Assembly (NCBI GenBank): GCA_013821245.1
Contig: JACDHC010000001.1
Span: 1 to 48,136 of the forward strand
Direction of reading: 5' to 3'
DNA: 48,136 nucleotides
DNA from: Nitrosopumilus sp.
GTDB taxonomy: Archaea; Thermoproteota; Nitrososphaeria; Nitrososphaerales; Nitrososphaeraceae
Part shown: piece after piece, positions 9,264 to 19,380 of the stretch
Position numbering within the stretch: the first letter of the stretch is position 1
Layout: each line of letters begins with the position of its first letter
The notes under the pieces: model-generated
Database searches by the model: none
Told to the model about the DNA's origin: nothing
What the model saw: the letters and a program-made list of their open reading frames with translations, nothing else
Made by a program: the position numbers and the translations under genes

Positions 9264-11396
9264 CTATGCTTTTGAGTAAAACCCTGGCTTTCTTTCATAG
9301 ATTTGACCATCATTCATTGCCTTTTTTATAAACGATCTCGCATCTAACTCTGTAAATTTACCTGTTTTTCCAAGCTCTACAATAAATATATTTTCTTCAA
9401 CATCATTTTTATCTTCTCCAGATAGACTCGAGAATATCTCCATGAAAAGTTTTAATCGGGATATCTCACTGAAAGGTTTTCCATGTAAAACACCTAAATC
9501 AACTTTACCAGTATTAACGTCAACACCGGCAGTCTCTAACATTCTCTGGACAAGAAATATAGATCTTTCTGCATCCTCTTTTTCGACTTTATCCTTTAAT
9601 AATAATCGTGCGCGAGCAGTTGAAAGCCTAACCAATCCCTCTAGCTGTCTGGGTGTCACAGTGATCATACTATCAGAATCAACATTTCTCATTGTCAGAT
9701 AATAATCGCGGATAAGTGTAATTGCTTCACGAGTCAATTCAGGCTCAACCAACTGTTTAGCAAAGGCCAAATATTTACTGAAAAAATCTATATTAATTGC
9801 AGCCTGGGAGTTTCTTTGAGCATCTTTGTGGATTTCCAAAATATGACTAGCTATTCTGCTATCCTTGTCTTTTTCTGGAAGATCTCTTATCACATATACA
9901 ATATCAAATCTAGTTAGAAGAGGAATAGGAAGATTTACATTTTCAGTGATATTTTTATAAGGATCATATTTCCCATACATAGGATTCGCTGCAGACAGTA
10001 TGGATGTTCTTGCGTTTAATGTAGCTACAATACCACCTTTGGCAACAGAACAAGTTTGCTGTTCCATAACCTCATGCAATGCAGAACGATCTTCGGCTTT
10101 GATTTTATCAAACTCATCTATACAAACTAACCCCTGGTCCCCTAATACCACTGCACCTGCTTCTAGCATCATCATTCCAGACTTATCTTTTATAACTGCA
10201 GCAGTAAGCCCAGCAGCAGTAGAGCCTCTACCGGAAGTATATAAACCTCTGGGCGCAATTTTTGCAGCAAACTTAAGCATTTCAGATTTTGCTGTTCCAG
10301 GGTCCCCAACCAAAAGTATGTTAATATCACCTCTCCTTGTTGATCCATCGTCAAGTTTTTTGTTCACCGAACCTACAATTAACAGTAAAATAGATTCCTT
10401 AATGACCTCATGTCCATACACATGAGAGGCAAATGATGAAATTAATTTCTCATAAATATCGGGTTTTTTAGAAATTGCAAGTATTTGTCTCTCATCTTCG
10501 GCACTAATTGATATTCGCTCAATGGAACGTGTTTTCTTATCTCCAGCACGTCCGCCAAGATATTCAATATTATTGCCTTCCATCCTAAGTTTAAACAATG
10601 AAGTTTTTATTGGAGAATTAGAATTTCCGGAATTAAATGAGGACTCCTGATCAATTCGTATAATACCAGTTAACATGATTCTGTCACCAGGCCTACACTG
10701 ATCTACCAAATCACCTAAAATTGTGACCTCGATATAATGAGGCAGCTGTCCGGCGGGAAGGTCCTCAGGTAATTCTTGCAACCTAACCAATTGGAAATCA
10801 ATAAACAAACTGTTTTCTATATCCATTTCCAGTTCTTTTTCAGAACAATTAATACACCTTTGTGGTTTTTTTAATGATAATCCTTTTAATTGAGATAGAT
10901 TAATCTGATTGCAATTGAGGCATCGATATGCAATTTTTTTCCCGAATGGTTTAACTTCAGAAGAACGTACTACCATACCAGAAACACCCAATAACTTGTT
11001 TATCACATCTGCATTTATATCTCGCAACCCTTTTTGGACTGCATAATTACCTATTCTAACTCGTATGTGATCTTTGATATCTTCAGTGTAATCAGGATGG
11101 ATTTCACCAAGTATAGAAACAACTGCCTCACTAAAAGCAGCAAGCATTTCATCAGGTTCATGCGTAATGTTTTTTGCAAGTATAGGGTTAAAGCCGTCAA
11201 AATCGATATAATCTATAGTCACAGATGTGGATGAAGTTGCAATCATATTGTTAATTTTATCAAAATATTTATAATTACCTTCACGATCCTTAAATGATCT
11301 TAAGAAAGATTCTAAATCATTCGATAAAGCAGACAAGGTTTGCTGTTGTTGTTCTTGAATGTTAGTAGATGAATTGTGAGAATTATTATTACTCAA
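9264..11396 (-). CDS. mcm: Replicative helicase MCM
   Basis: Zn finger CLNC..CINC, LQELPEDLPAGQLP, Walker A GDPGTAKS, CIDEFDK, AANP; no intein. Confidence 0.97.
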   Translation of the reverse strand: MSNNNSHNSSTNIQEQQQQTLSALSNDLESFLRSFKDREGNYKYFDKINNMIATSSTSVTIDYIDFDGFNPILAKNITHEPDEMLAAFSEAVVSILGEIHPDYTEDIKDHIRVRIGNYAVQKGLRDINADVINKLLGVSGMVVRSSEVKPFGKKIAYRCLNCNQINLSQLKGLSLKKPQRCINCSEKELEMDIENSLFIDFQLVRLQELPEDLPAGQLPHYIEVTILGDLVDQCRPGDRIMLTGIIRIDQESSFNSGNSNSPIKTSLFKLRMEGNNIEYLGGRAGDKKTRSIERISISAEDERQILAISKKPDIYEKLISSFASHVYGHEVIKESILLLIVGSVNKKLDDGSTRRGDINILLVGDPGTAKSEMLKFAAKIAPRGLYTSGRGSTAAGLTAAVIKDKSGMMMLEAGAVVLGDQGLVCIDEFDKIKAEDRSALHEVMEQQTCSVAKGGIVATLNARTSILSAANPMYGKYDPYKNITENVNLPIPLLTRFDIVYVIRDLPEKDKDSRIASHILEIHKDAQRNSQAAINIDFFSKYLAFAKQLVEPELTREAITLIRDYYLTMRNVDSDSMITVTPRQLEGLVRLSTARARLLLKDKVEKEDAERSIFLVQRMLETAGVDVNTGKVDLGVLHGKPFSEISRLKLFMEIFSSLSGEDKNDVEENIFIVELGKTGKFTELDARSFIKKAMNDGQIYERKPGFYSKA

Positions 11397-11955
11397 GTTT
11401 TAGCACCAATTTTTTAAAATTAAAAGTCTTTTCATAAAAAGTTTCATACAATATTTTTTCTTCTAAAGACAGTTTTTCTTCAATTTCTGGAACCAAGGGA
11501 GAAGACGATGAAAGTTTTACTATTTTTTGCATCCTAGACACAATAAATGGATTTAAAGATACAATCAACGATTCTCGTTCTTTTTCATCAATATTGCGAA
11601 GGTAATTATTCACACGAACATAAAAATCAGGATCAATTGTCGAAAGTACATGGTTAGAAGAAATCCTTTCCCGGTTTAATGCTCTTTTAATGTATGACAA
11701 ATGATCCTCATCATGTATTTCTATTAATCCCTCTTCGCTTAAAATTCTAGAAATCCATCTTGGAACGGACGTCATATCGCCCTCTTTTGCATCAATAGAT
11801 ACAAAAGGCGGTATTGGAATTTCAACATCCCTTAAGTAAATTACTCTGACGTCTTTGAGTAAATAGTCTAAAGTAGAAAATACATAGAGAATTGAAATAT
11901 CATCAAGATCCTGGATTAATTTATTTGTATCAGAATTCAATAACAACTTCATCAT
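11389..11955 (-). CDS. GINS complex subunit, Gins23 (Psf2/Psf3-like)
   Basis: N-terminal B-domain with VPRWISRILSEEG, then helical A-domain (DFY, RMQKIVKL, LSLEEKILY); overlaps the mcm start, the usual gins23-mcm arrangement. Confidence 0.8.
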   Translation of the reverse strand: MMKLLLNSDTNKLIQDLDDISILYVFSTLDYLLKDVRVIYLRDVEIPIPPFVSIDAKEGDMTSVPRWISRILSEEGLIEIHDEDHLSYIKRALNRERISSNHVLSTIDPDFYVRVNNYLRNIDEKERESLIVSLNPFIVSRMQKIVKLSSSSPLVPEIEEKLSLEEKILYETFYEKTFNFKKLVLKLE

Positions 11956-12058
11956 ATAACTAGTATAATTAGTTAATAAAATTATTAAACACAGTGTTAA
12001 TATTTTTTTAATGCGGATTAAATAATTTTAAATTGGAAAAAGCAAACAATCTCTTATT

Positions 12059-13072
12059 ATGGATTATACACAGCAGAAAGGGAATAACATTTCGGATATC
12101 ATGTGGGTGGAAAAATACAGGCCTAAAAACCTGGATCAGATAATCAATCAAAAAGAAATTATTGCGGGATTAAAAAACTTATTGAACAAACCAAATGAAT
12201 TACCACACCTACTGTTTACGGGTGCTGCGGGAATAGGAAAAACTACAACTGCATTATGTCTTGCGCGAGAAATATTAGGGAACAATTGGAAAAGGGACAC
12301 ACTTGAACTCAACGCATCAGATGAGAGAGGCATCAAAATGGTGCGCGAAAGGGTGAAAGAATTTGCATCCATTATGAAGCTTTCGTTAAATCAGACCGAA
12401 AACGACAGACCGTTTAAAATTATCATTCTAGATGAGGCTGATGAAATGACGTCAGAGGCGCAAACAGCTTTGAGGAGAATTATAGAAGATAGCTCAAAAA
12501 CAACAAGATTTATTTTTATTTGCAACTACCTTTCTCATATTATAGAACCCATACAAAGTAGATGTGTGGTCTTTCGGTTTTCAAAGGTGCCTGTGGAAGA
12601 AGTGGTGGGATACTTAAAGATTATCTGTAAAAATGAAGACATAAGATTTGATGAAAAAGCTCTTTATAAAATATACGAACACACAAATGGAGATCTGAGA
12701 AATTCTATAAACATTTTGCAATCAGCATCAGCTAATGGCAACATAAACACACTACAAGTTCAAAGCGCAATAGGCAATTCTGGAAAAAACAAAATATCTG
12801 AAATAATAAAGTTGGCGCTAGGTTCAAAATTCAATGAATCAAGAATAAAACTTTTAGAATTGTTATATGTTTATGGAGTATCCGAAACGGACTTTTTAAA
12901 ATATGCAAACGAGGAACTTTATAATCTAGACCTTGAAAATCTGTCTGAGGTTTCCTCGATGATAGCAGAATATGACTATAGGCTATCCAATGGAGCTCAC
13001 CCAGAAATTCAATTGGCTGCATTTTTAGCACAATTAGGAAAGATAGGTATGAAAAATGTTAAGTCTAATTAG
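12059..13072 (+). CDS. rfcS: Replication factor C small subunit
   Basis: WVEKYRP, GAAGIGKTT, LELNASDERG, ILDEADEMT, IQSRC. Confidence 0.96.
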   Translation: MDYTQQKGNNISDIMWVEKYRPKNLDQIINQKEIIAGLKNLLNKPNELPHLLFTGAAGIGKTTTALCLAREILGNNWKRDTLELNASDERGIKMVRERVKEFASIMKLSLNQTENDRPFKIIILDEADEMTSEAQTALRRIIEDSSKTTRFIFICNYLSHIIEPIQSRCVVFRFSKVPVEEVVGYLKIICKNEDIRFDEKALYKIYEHTNGDLRNSINILQSASANGNINTLQVQSAIGNSGKNKISEIIKLALGSKFNESRIKLLELLYVYGVSETDFLKYANEELYNLDLENLSEVSSMIAEYDYRLSNGAHPEIQLAAFLAQLGKIGMKNVKSN

Positions 13073-13341
13073 AAATCTTCTTCGAATTCGTCACCACCCT
13101 CTTCTTCCGTTATCTCATCTAAATCTTCTTCAAATTCCTCGCGTTCTTCGGCAGTTTTATATGGAATATCAGCTTCGCCTAAATTTCCACACACAGGACA
13201 TTTAAATTCAATTGTTTGACCCTCGAGATCCAATAGGAATTCTTTGGTGAAAACTTCATCACAATTTGAACAAACTAGAGTAGTTTGAATATTTTCTTGA
13301 GTGAATTTATGCGACTGTACCCGAAAGATTGTGTTCACCAT
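13069..13341 (-). CDS. Small Zn-ribbon protein with acidic tail
   Basis: CSNC..CPVCG followed by an E/D-rich C-terminus; 4-bp convergent overlap with rfcS. Confidence 0.75.
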   Translation of the reverse strand: MVNTIFRVQSHKFTQENIQTTLVCSNCDEVFTKEFLLDLEGQTIEFKCPVCGNLGEADIPYKTAEEREEFEEDLDEITEEEGGDEFEEDF

Positions 13342-13529
13342 ACTTATTTTACCTATAGGAATAGGTCTTTATTATAAGCCTTATCTTTTTACAAGTCCAA
13401 TCCAAATAAATAATATCAATTATTCATAAAAACAGATTGAAGAATATACAATATATCAAAAAATTTTATTTAATTGAACATTATTAGTATCACTGTTTTC
13501 AAATATCAAATTGTTAAAAGTTTTGGTTT

Positions 13530-14288
13530 TTAGATTGAGGCATACCTAGTTTTGTCCACTAGGCCAGATTTTATTATAGCTTTTTTTCTATTTATGCAGG
13601 ACTCGCACACGCCACATTGAACCATAACTTTGTCTCCCTTGTTGTTGTTATTTCCACGATAACAGCTCCAAGATTGAAAAAGCTTATCTCCCAGAACGTT
13701 ATATCCAATTAAAAGCAATTTAGTCTTATCCAGATTATCCATAGCGGGGCACCAAATATTTATTTTTTTTCGCAATCCCAATTTTATTCCATCTATTTCA
13801 GAAAGAGTTATGGTTTTTTCCAAAGATTTGACAAAAGAAGGTCGACAATCAGGATATTTCTGATCACCTGCATGAGCACCATACACTATTAGTGGTATTT
13901 TCAATGATATTGCCCATACTGAGGCAAGAGTTATAAAAGTGGTATTACGTAATGGAACTACAATACTGTAATCAAACGTATCAGGTATTTTAGATCTGGA
14001 ATTGGTTAATACATTAGTATTCCCATACAACGTTTTTAAAAATGAAATATCTATTATTTTGTGTCCTTTGCTTTTTAATAGTGTAGAAAACTTTTTTGCA
14101 ATCTTTAATTCATTAGACCCATTTTGACCATAGTTAAAAGAAATAAGATATATGTCCAGCCCCAATTTTTTCAGATATGAAGCAGTGCTTACAGAATCTA
14201 ATCCGCCACTAAAAACACAAACAGCCTCCGTATAATTATTTAATGGGCTACTAGGCTTGTCTATCAAAGATAATAATAACAACAACAA
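13530..14288 (-). CDS. queC: 7-cyano-7-deazaguanine (preQ0) synthase; start uncertain
   Basis: SGGLDS, NYGQ, VPLRN, YPDCRP, SWSCY..CGVCESC. Confidence 0.93.
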   Translation of the reverse strand: MLLLLLSLIDKPSSPLNNYTEAVCVFSGGLDSVSTASYLKKLGLDIYLISFNYGQNGSNELKIAKKFSTLLKSKGHKIIDISFLKTLYGNTNVLTNSRSKIPDTFDYSIVVPLRNTTFITLASVWAISLKIPLIVYGAHAGDQKYPDCRPSFVKSLEKTITLSEIDGIKLGLRKKINIWCPAMDNLDKTKLLLIGYNVLGDKLFQSWSCYRGNNNNKGDKVMVQCGVCESCINRKKAIIKSGLVDKTRYASI

Positions 14289-14316
14289 ATTCGCTTATGT
14301 AAATGTGACGCATATT

Positions 14317-14859
14317 TCAAAACTCTTTAAAATATCCTACAATTCCACCCAAACCATAAGATAAGGAGATAAGAAGTCGAGAAGCAAACAAGATTAATTC
14401 GTAATCAACCGAATAAATATAATATAAAATAAGAATGCAGAACAAAGACGACAGCAAAACGGAACCAGTAACCATTTGCTCAATGCTATTAATTTTGGAA
14501 TATCGCCTAAGAAAAATAAAAGTAGATAAGTTACCAGAAGATAACCCAGTAAGCAATAAAAAAGGATAATCTTTTTGAAAAAAAGGAATTAAAATAAAAG
14601 GTAATGCCCAGGTAAGACCGTTTATTAACTTAACAAAAGGTGGCCAAGAAACACTTGTAGAGAATCGTTCTCGGAATGACTTTCGCGTGGATAAAATAGG
14701 TTTAAAAAAAACGGATAAGGAAAAAATAAAAGCAGACACCCATATTACAAAATGAAATGAATAATTGAAATTAAAGATGAAAACTATGTAGGAAAAAACA
14801 GCAGATAAGCCTATCCATGATGAAATAAAGAAAAATAAAAAGGAGAAAGCTCGAGTCAT
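14317..14859 (-). CDS. Hypothetical integral membrane protein
   Basis: About six hydrophobic segments; co-oriented with neighbours. Confidence 0.75.
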   Translation of the reverse strand: MTRAFSFLFFFISSWIGLSAVFSYIVFIFNFNYSFHFVIWVSAFIFSLSVFFKPILSTRKSFRERFSTSVSWPPFVKLINGLTWALPFILIPFFQKDYPFLLLTGLSSGNLSTFIFLRRYSKINSIEQMVTGSVLLSSLFCILILYYIYSVDYELILFASRLLISLSYGLGGIVGYFKEF

Positions 14860-14989
14860 TTATTCAAATCAACAGCGTTTAAAGATACTATATAAAATAA
14901 TCTAATTTAAACCAAATAATTAACTAAGCAGGAAACAACAAAAAAAAATCAGGACTTGAATATAAAAAAAACTATTTTTAAATTTTGAC

Positions 14990-15397
14990 TTATTCTTGAA
15001 CAACGCCACATTTATTGCAAAATTTAGAGGATTGTTTCATTGTGGCACCACAATTAATGCAAAATCTTTTTTCCAATATTGAAGTAAAAGAAGGTTTATC
15101 GCCACCATTTTCCCCCCCATATAGACCCGCTATAGCTCCAGTAGGTTTAAAAGTCTCATCGACATCAGGGAGAAAGTCAAGCTTGTTCTTAGAACCAGGA
15201 GAGGATTGTTGGCTGGGTTCAGATCTATCCTCCAAATATGAAAGCAGACGAGGAATGGAAATATCTGTTTTAGGATCGTTTACTTGCTCACCTAGCCATA
15301 GTGCAAATTTTTTCAGAGTCATTTCAGGTGTAGAAAAAGTTAGAGAATGACTTGACATATAGTCATCGGTGGCCAAGCGCCCGTTAAAGATCTTCAT
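14990..15397 (-). CDS. Hypothetical protein with C-terminal zinc ribbon
   Basis: C-terminal FCINCGATMKQSSKFCNKCG after a low-complexity linker. Confidence 0.8.
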   Translation of the reverse strand: MKIFNGRLATDDYMSSHSLTFSTPEMTLKKFALWLGEQVNDPKTDISIPRLLSYLEDRSEPSQQSSPGSKNKLDFLPDVDETFKPTGAIAGLYGGENGGDKPSFTSILEKRFCINCGATMKQSSKFCNKCGVVQE

Positions 15398-15427
15398 ATT
15401 TCTAAAATAGGGAAAAGCGTATATTAA

Positions 15428-16021
15428 TTATTGGGAATTACCACATTTATTGCAAAATTTTGCATGTTTTGGAATTGACGCAGCACATACAATACAATTT
15501 TTTTGTTCTTTAATCGTATTAGAGTCCTGTTTTGGAATTACAATATCAACCGGTTTAAAAGAAGGGGCAACTTGGGGTTTAGGTAGGTCATAATCTTTGT
15601 TTAATGAATTAGAATTTCCGCCTGAATTAACAAAACTATCAATTCCAAAGCCACCACCACTACTACCACTACCACCTGAACCAGATGGTGATGAGGGAAT
15701 TGAGGATTGAGAGTCACCGATAGAACTCTTTCTTGACGTGCCTTTATCAAGAGCCGTTTTTATTTCAAGGATAATACGGCAAGATAGAAAATTCAACGCT
15801 GATGCTGATACAAGATATTCACCCATCTTTGAAAAATATTCTTTGTTATCCATTTTACCTTGTTTAAATAATTGGGTATTATCAAAAAAAGACTCATATT
15901 GATCTTGGGTTTCAGTAACTAGTTGTTTTAGTTTCTCTATTAGGCCGCCAAGTGTATCTACTCCAAAGGACATGATATATAAAAGCGTGGATAAAAACAA
16001 ATTTAAATTTATGGGATTCAA
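15428..16021 (-). CDS. Hypothetical protein: helical N-terminus, Gly/Ser linker, C-terminal zinc ribbon
   Basis: CIVCAASIPKHAKFCNKCG; likely start at the internal MSFGVD. Confidence 0.8.
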   Translation of the reverse strand: MNPINLNLFLSTLLYIMSFGVDTLGGLIEKLKQLVTETQDQYESFFDNTQLFKQGKMDNKEYFSKMGEYLVSASALNFLSCRIILEIKTALDKGTSRKSSIGDSQSSIPSSPSGSGGSGSSGGGFGIDSFVNSGGNSNSLNKDYDLPKPQVAPSFKPVDIVIPKQDSNTIKEQKNCIVCAASIPKHAKFCNKCGNSQ

Positions 16022-16102
16022 AGTATGAAATACAAAACAAATGATGCTTCTGACTTAAAAGAAAAATTATCCTTCAAAAAAAAGTGTTTGGGCTAAAACA
16101 GA

Positions 16103-17413
16103 ATGAAGTTTCCAAGAAACAACTCAGATATAGGAGTAAATCCAATAAAGGAAAAAGATAAAATACTAACTGGAAAGGATTTTTTTGTTCTTTGGTCCAG
16201 TTTAGGAGTAGGATTATTAGTAATATCAGCAGGCTCTTTCATCTATACTTCAAATATTCTGGATGCGTTATTTGTAATAATTGTAGGATCTATTATAGGA
16301 TCTATTCTGTTAGGATTGGCAGGAAAAATTGGCAGCGATCATTCCATTCCCTCTGTAGTGAGTATGAGACCCTCCTTTGGAATTTATGGGTCGTATTTAC
16401 TTACTATTCTCAACCTAATACAATTAATCGGATGGTCCACATTTGAGATAACAATACTATCAAAGGCAGCCAGTGTTTTTACTCAAGGGTTTATGAATAT
16501 TGATTTTTATTTGTGGTCAATTATTTTTGGAATAATAATAGTCATTTTTGGAGTTGCAGGTCCCCTTAAAGTTATAAAACAATGGCTCAACAAGTTTGCA
16601 GTTTGGATTGTCTACGGTTCAGCAATAATAATGCTGATAAATTTAATACTATTTAGTGGTCACTACAATCCCAATTTAATAAACACCAACAATAACAACT
16701 TTGATTTTTTCGGCTCATTGGATTTGGTCATTGCAATGCCATTGTCATGGTTGCCCCTAGTGGCAGATTATAACAGGTTTGCTAAAAAAAGCAAAAACGC
16801 CTTTTTAGGCACATTTATTGGATTTTCTATAACTAACACCCTTTTCTACGTGATTGGGGTATTGTTAGGAATAAACGATGTTTTTGAAATACTGTTTGCC
16901 ATACAAACCTTCTTTTACGGATTTATTCTGTTGGTATTGATTGTTGACGAAATAGACAATGTTTTTGCAAATATTTTTTCGTCTGCAATGTCTCTTAAAA
17001 ATATGTTCAACAAAATAAATTACAAATATCTTGTAATAATATTTACAGTATTAAGTTGTATACTTGCAAATGTAATTCCCATAAATCAATATGAATCGTT
17101 TTTACTTATAATAGGTGCATTGTTTGCACCTTTATTTGCCATAGTCTTAACAGATTACTATGTAATAAAAAGGGGAAAAGCATCAATAGACGCATTTTAT
17201 GATAAATGCGTAAAGTTTAGAATCTCTGCCTTTTCATCGTTTTTTGTAGGGAGTTTAACCTATTTCATTATTTCACCAATTTCACCAATCCACCATGAAA
17301 ATTTAATTTTAGGCTCAACAATTCCGAGTATGGCTATTTCAGTGGTATCCTTTTTATCCATAGAATTTATAATAAAAAAAGTTAAATTGAAAAAAAATAG
17401 CAACAGAGAGTAG
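16103..17413 (+). CDS. NCS1 purine-cytosine permease family transporter (CytX-like)
   Basis: About 12 TM segments; RPSFGIYGS, QLIGWSTFE, DLVIAMPLSWLPLVADYNRF, IGALFAPLFAIVLTDYY. Confidence 0.88.
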   Translation: MKFPRNNSDIGVNPIKEKDKILTGKDFFVLWSSLGVGLLVISAGSFIYTSNILDALFVIIVGSIIGSILLGLAGKIGSDHSIPSVVSMRPSFGIYGSYLLTILNLIQLIGWSTFEITILSKAASVFTQGFMNIDFYLWSIIFGIIIVIFGVAGPLKVIKQWLNKFAVWIVYGSAIIMLINLILFSGHYNPNLINTNNNNFDFFGSLDLVIAMPLSWLPLVADYNRFAKKSKNAFLGTFIGFSITNTLFYVIGVLLGINDVFEILFAIQTFFYGFILLVLIVDEIDNVFANIFSSAMSLKNMFNKINYKYLVIIFTVLSCILANVIPINQYESFLLIIGALFAPLFAIVLTDYYVIKRGKASIDAFYDKCVKFRISAFSSFFVGSLTYFIISPISPIHHENLILGSTIPSMAISVVSFLSIEFIIKKVKLKKNSNRE

Positions 17414-17426
17414 AGACAAAAATTGG

Positions 17427-18683
17427 GTGGGAAAGGACAATCAAATGAGCAATAAAATAGTGATTCTTGGGGCCGGATATGCGGGAATTTTTCTTAGTAC
17501 AAATCTCTCGTCTAAGTTAAAGGATTTAGCCGAAATAATACTGATAGACAGAAATAACTATCACCAACTAATGCAAGAAATTCATCTGGTTGCATCAGGC
17601 TTTAGAACAGCAGAGCAATTAAAAATTCCAATACCGTCACTAATACAGGGAAAAAAAATAAAATTTATTCAGTCAAATGTAAAAAAAATACTCCCGGATA
17701 AAAGGACAATTATCCTAGACTCCGAAGAAATAAAGTATGATGAATTGATAATTTGCTTAGGGTCTTCTACTAAATATTTCAACATTCCAGGGGCAGACAA
17801 ACACACTTTACCTCTTAGATCCATATATGATGCTTCAGTTGTTTTTGATCATGTTTCAAAAATAATGAAAGAAGACAAAAAACACAACATCATAATTGTG
17901 GGTGCTGGGGCTACAGGAATAAGCCTTGGAAGCGCTTTAGCAGAAATGATAAATTTATCAAAAAACAAAGATAACATTAAAGTCAATATCATTGAAGCTA
18001 CTTCAACGATACTTTATGGATGGGACATAAAGGTTAAAAACAGAATCGAGGATATCGTAAAGAAAAGAGGCATAAGAATTTTACATAACTCATTGGTAGA
18101 AAGAGTTGACGAAAATACGTTATTTCTCAAGGATGGTTTACAAATCAACTCATCATTAATAATTTGGACAGCTGGGGTCAAAGGATTTAACATAGACATT
18201 GAGCCCGGAATTGAAAAAACTAACGATGGGAGAATAATAGTTAATGAATTCTGTAGAACCAACCAATACGACAACATCTATTCCATAGGGGACATAGCGG
18301 CAATGAAAAACTCAAAGGGAGTTTTGTATCCGCCCCTAGCACAAATTGCGGTTAGGCAGGCACGGTATTTGGCTGATTTTATTTCCGACCGCTATACTAA
18401 TGATACGACACCAAAGGAAAAATTTGATTACGAAATAAAGGCGCAAATCCTATCGGTAGGGAATAATGAATATGTGGGATTGTTAAACAACTATGTAGTA
18501 AGCGGAGACTTGGCTAAAATGATTGATGAATTTACAAAAAACACTTATATGAAATCATTAAAAGCAGGAGGAAAAAACATATCAGTTAACTTATATGAAA
18601 ACGATTTCTTTTCACAGGTCTTGGCTGGAATGACCTTTGCAGGATTCACGTTTTTTAAGGGTTTGGAGAAACTGGGAAGATAA
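17427..18683 (+). CDS. Type II NADH dehydrogenase-like FAD/NAD(P) oxidoreductase
   Basis: Two Rossmann motifs (GAGYAG, GAGATG), IWTAGV, IGDIA, PPLAQIAVRQA; likely start at MSNKIV. Confidence 0.85.
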   Translation: MGKDNQMSNKIVILGAGYAGIFLSTNLSSKLKDLAEIILIDRNNYHQLMQEIHLVASGFRTAEQLKIPIPSLIQGKKIKFIQSNVKKILPDKRTIILDSEEIKYDELIICLGSSTKYFNIPGADKHTLPLRSIYDASVVFDHVSKIMKEDKKHNIIIVGAGATGISLGSALAEMINLSKNKDNIKVNIIEATSTILYGWDIKVKNRIEDIVKKRGIRILHNSLVERVDENTLFLKDGLQINSSLIIWTAGVKGFNIDIEPGIEKTNDGRIIVNEFCRTNQYDNIYSIGDIAAMKNSKGVLYPPLAQIAVRQARYLADFISDRYTNDTTPKEKFDYEIKAQILSVGNNEYVGLLNNYVVSGDLAKMIDEFTKNTYMKSLKAGGKNISVNLYENDFFSQVLAGMTFAGFTFFKGLEKLGR

Positions 18684-19326
18684 AAAAGGTACAAAATAAC
18701 ATAAAAAGTTAATCATACTTATTTTAAATGTTTTATAATGTTTTATATTTTAATTTATTAAACTAATTTTTAATAGAAAAAATTAAGAGATTAAATATGT
18801 TATTGTTCATGTTTGAAATTTATACCACTATTTCTTACCACATACGACAGCATTTAGCTGTTGTATTATTATAGTATAAATCAACAAGTCAAGTAGCAGG
18901 TTCTTTTGTAAAGGGATAATGAAATTATTGCGGGTTGACTTCACGTTTTGGTCACATATTTGCATGACTTGACCAATTGTAGCATCAAGTACCATATTTG
19001 GACAGCTATGCAAATTTTATCATTTGTACCTAAAATAACAAATCCACTTTTATATCTGTATTAATAATAGAATGATTTATCTAGTTCTAATTGAAAGATT
19101 AAAAATTTCTTTGGTTTACTTCTACAGATTATCAAGTTTACAAGTTAAATCAGTAAATGTGATAAATCTTATTTATTTACAATATAATACAACACAGAGA
19201 TTATGAATCAGGCCTTATATATAGGATATGAATCCCGCTCAGCCATTGGCACATGATTGAAAGGTTTTGTAATACTACTAGTGTAATACAAAAAATCTAT
19301 ATCTGTTTTTTAAATAAAATTGCTGT

Positions 19327-19351
19327 AATGAGTTACTCTGAGTCACTCATT
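19327..19351. promoter_or_regulatory. Imperfect palindrome, candidate operator
   Basis: AATGAGTTACTC-T-GAGTCACTCATT, 11 of 12 arm positions pair; about 30 bp upstream of the ATG at 19381. Confidence 0.35.
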
Positions 19352-19380
19352 TAAATCCTTGGCTAAAAAGAGTAAAACAA

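Noticed and set aside
5950-12372. Antisense ORFs within dnaK, grpE, mcm and rfcS (e.g. 5950-6375, 10000-10425, 12148-12372)
   Set aside because: Fully overlap well-supported genes on the opposite strand and carry no motifs.
18828-19013. 61-aa minus-strand ORF
   Set aside because: Weak start and no recognisable motif; may be a gene remnant but cannot be supported.
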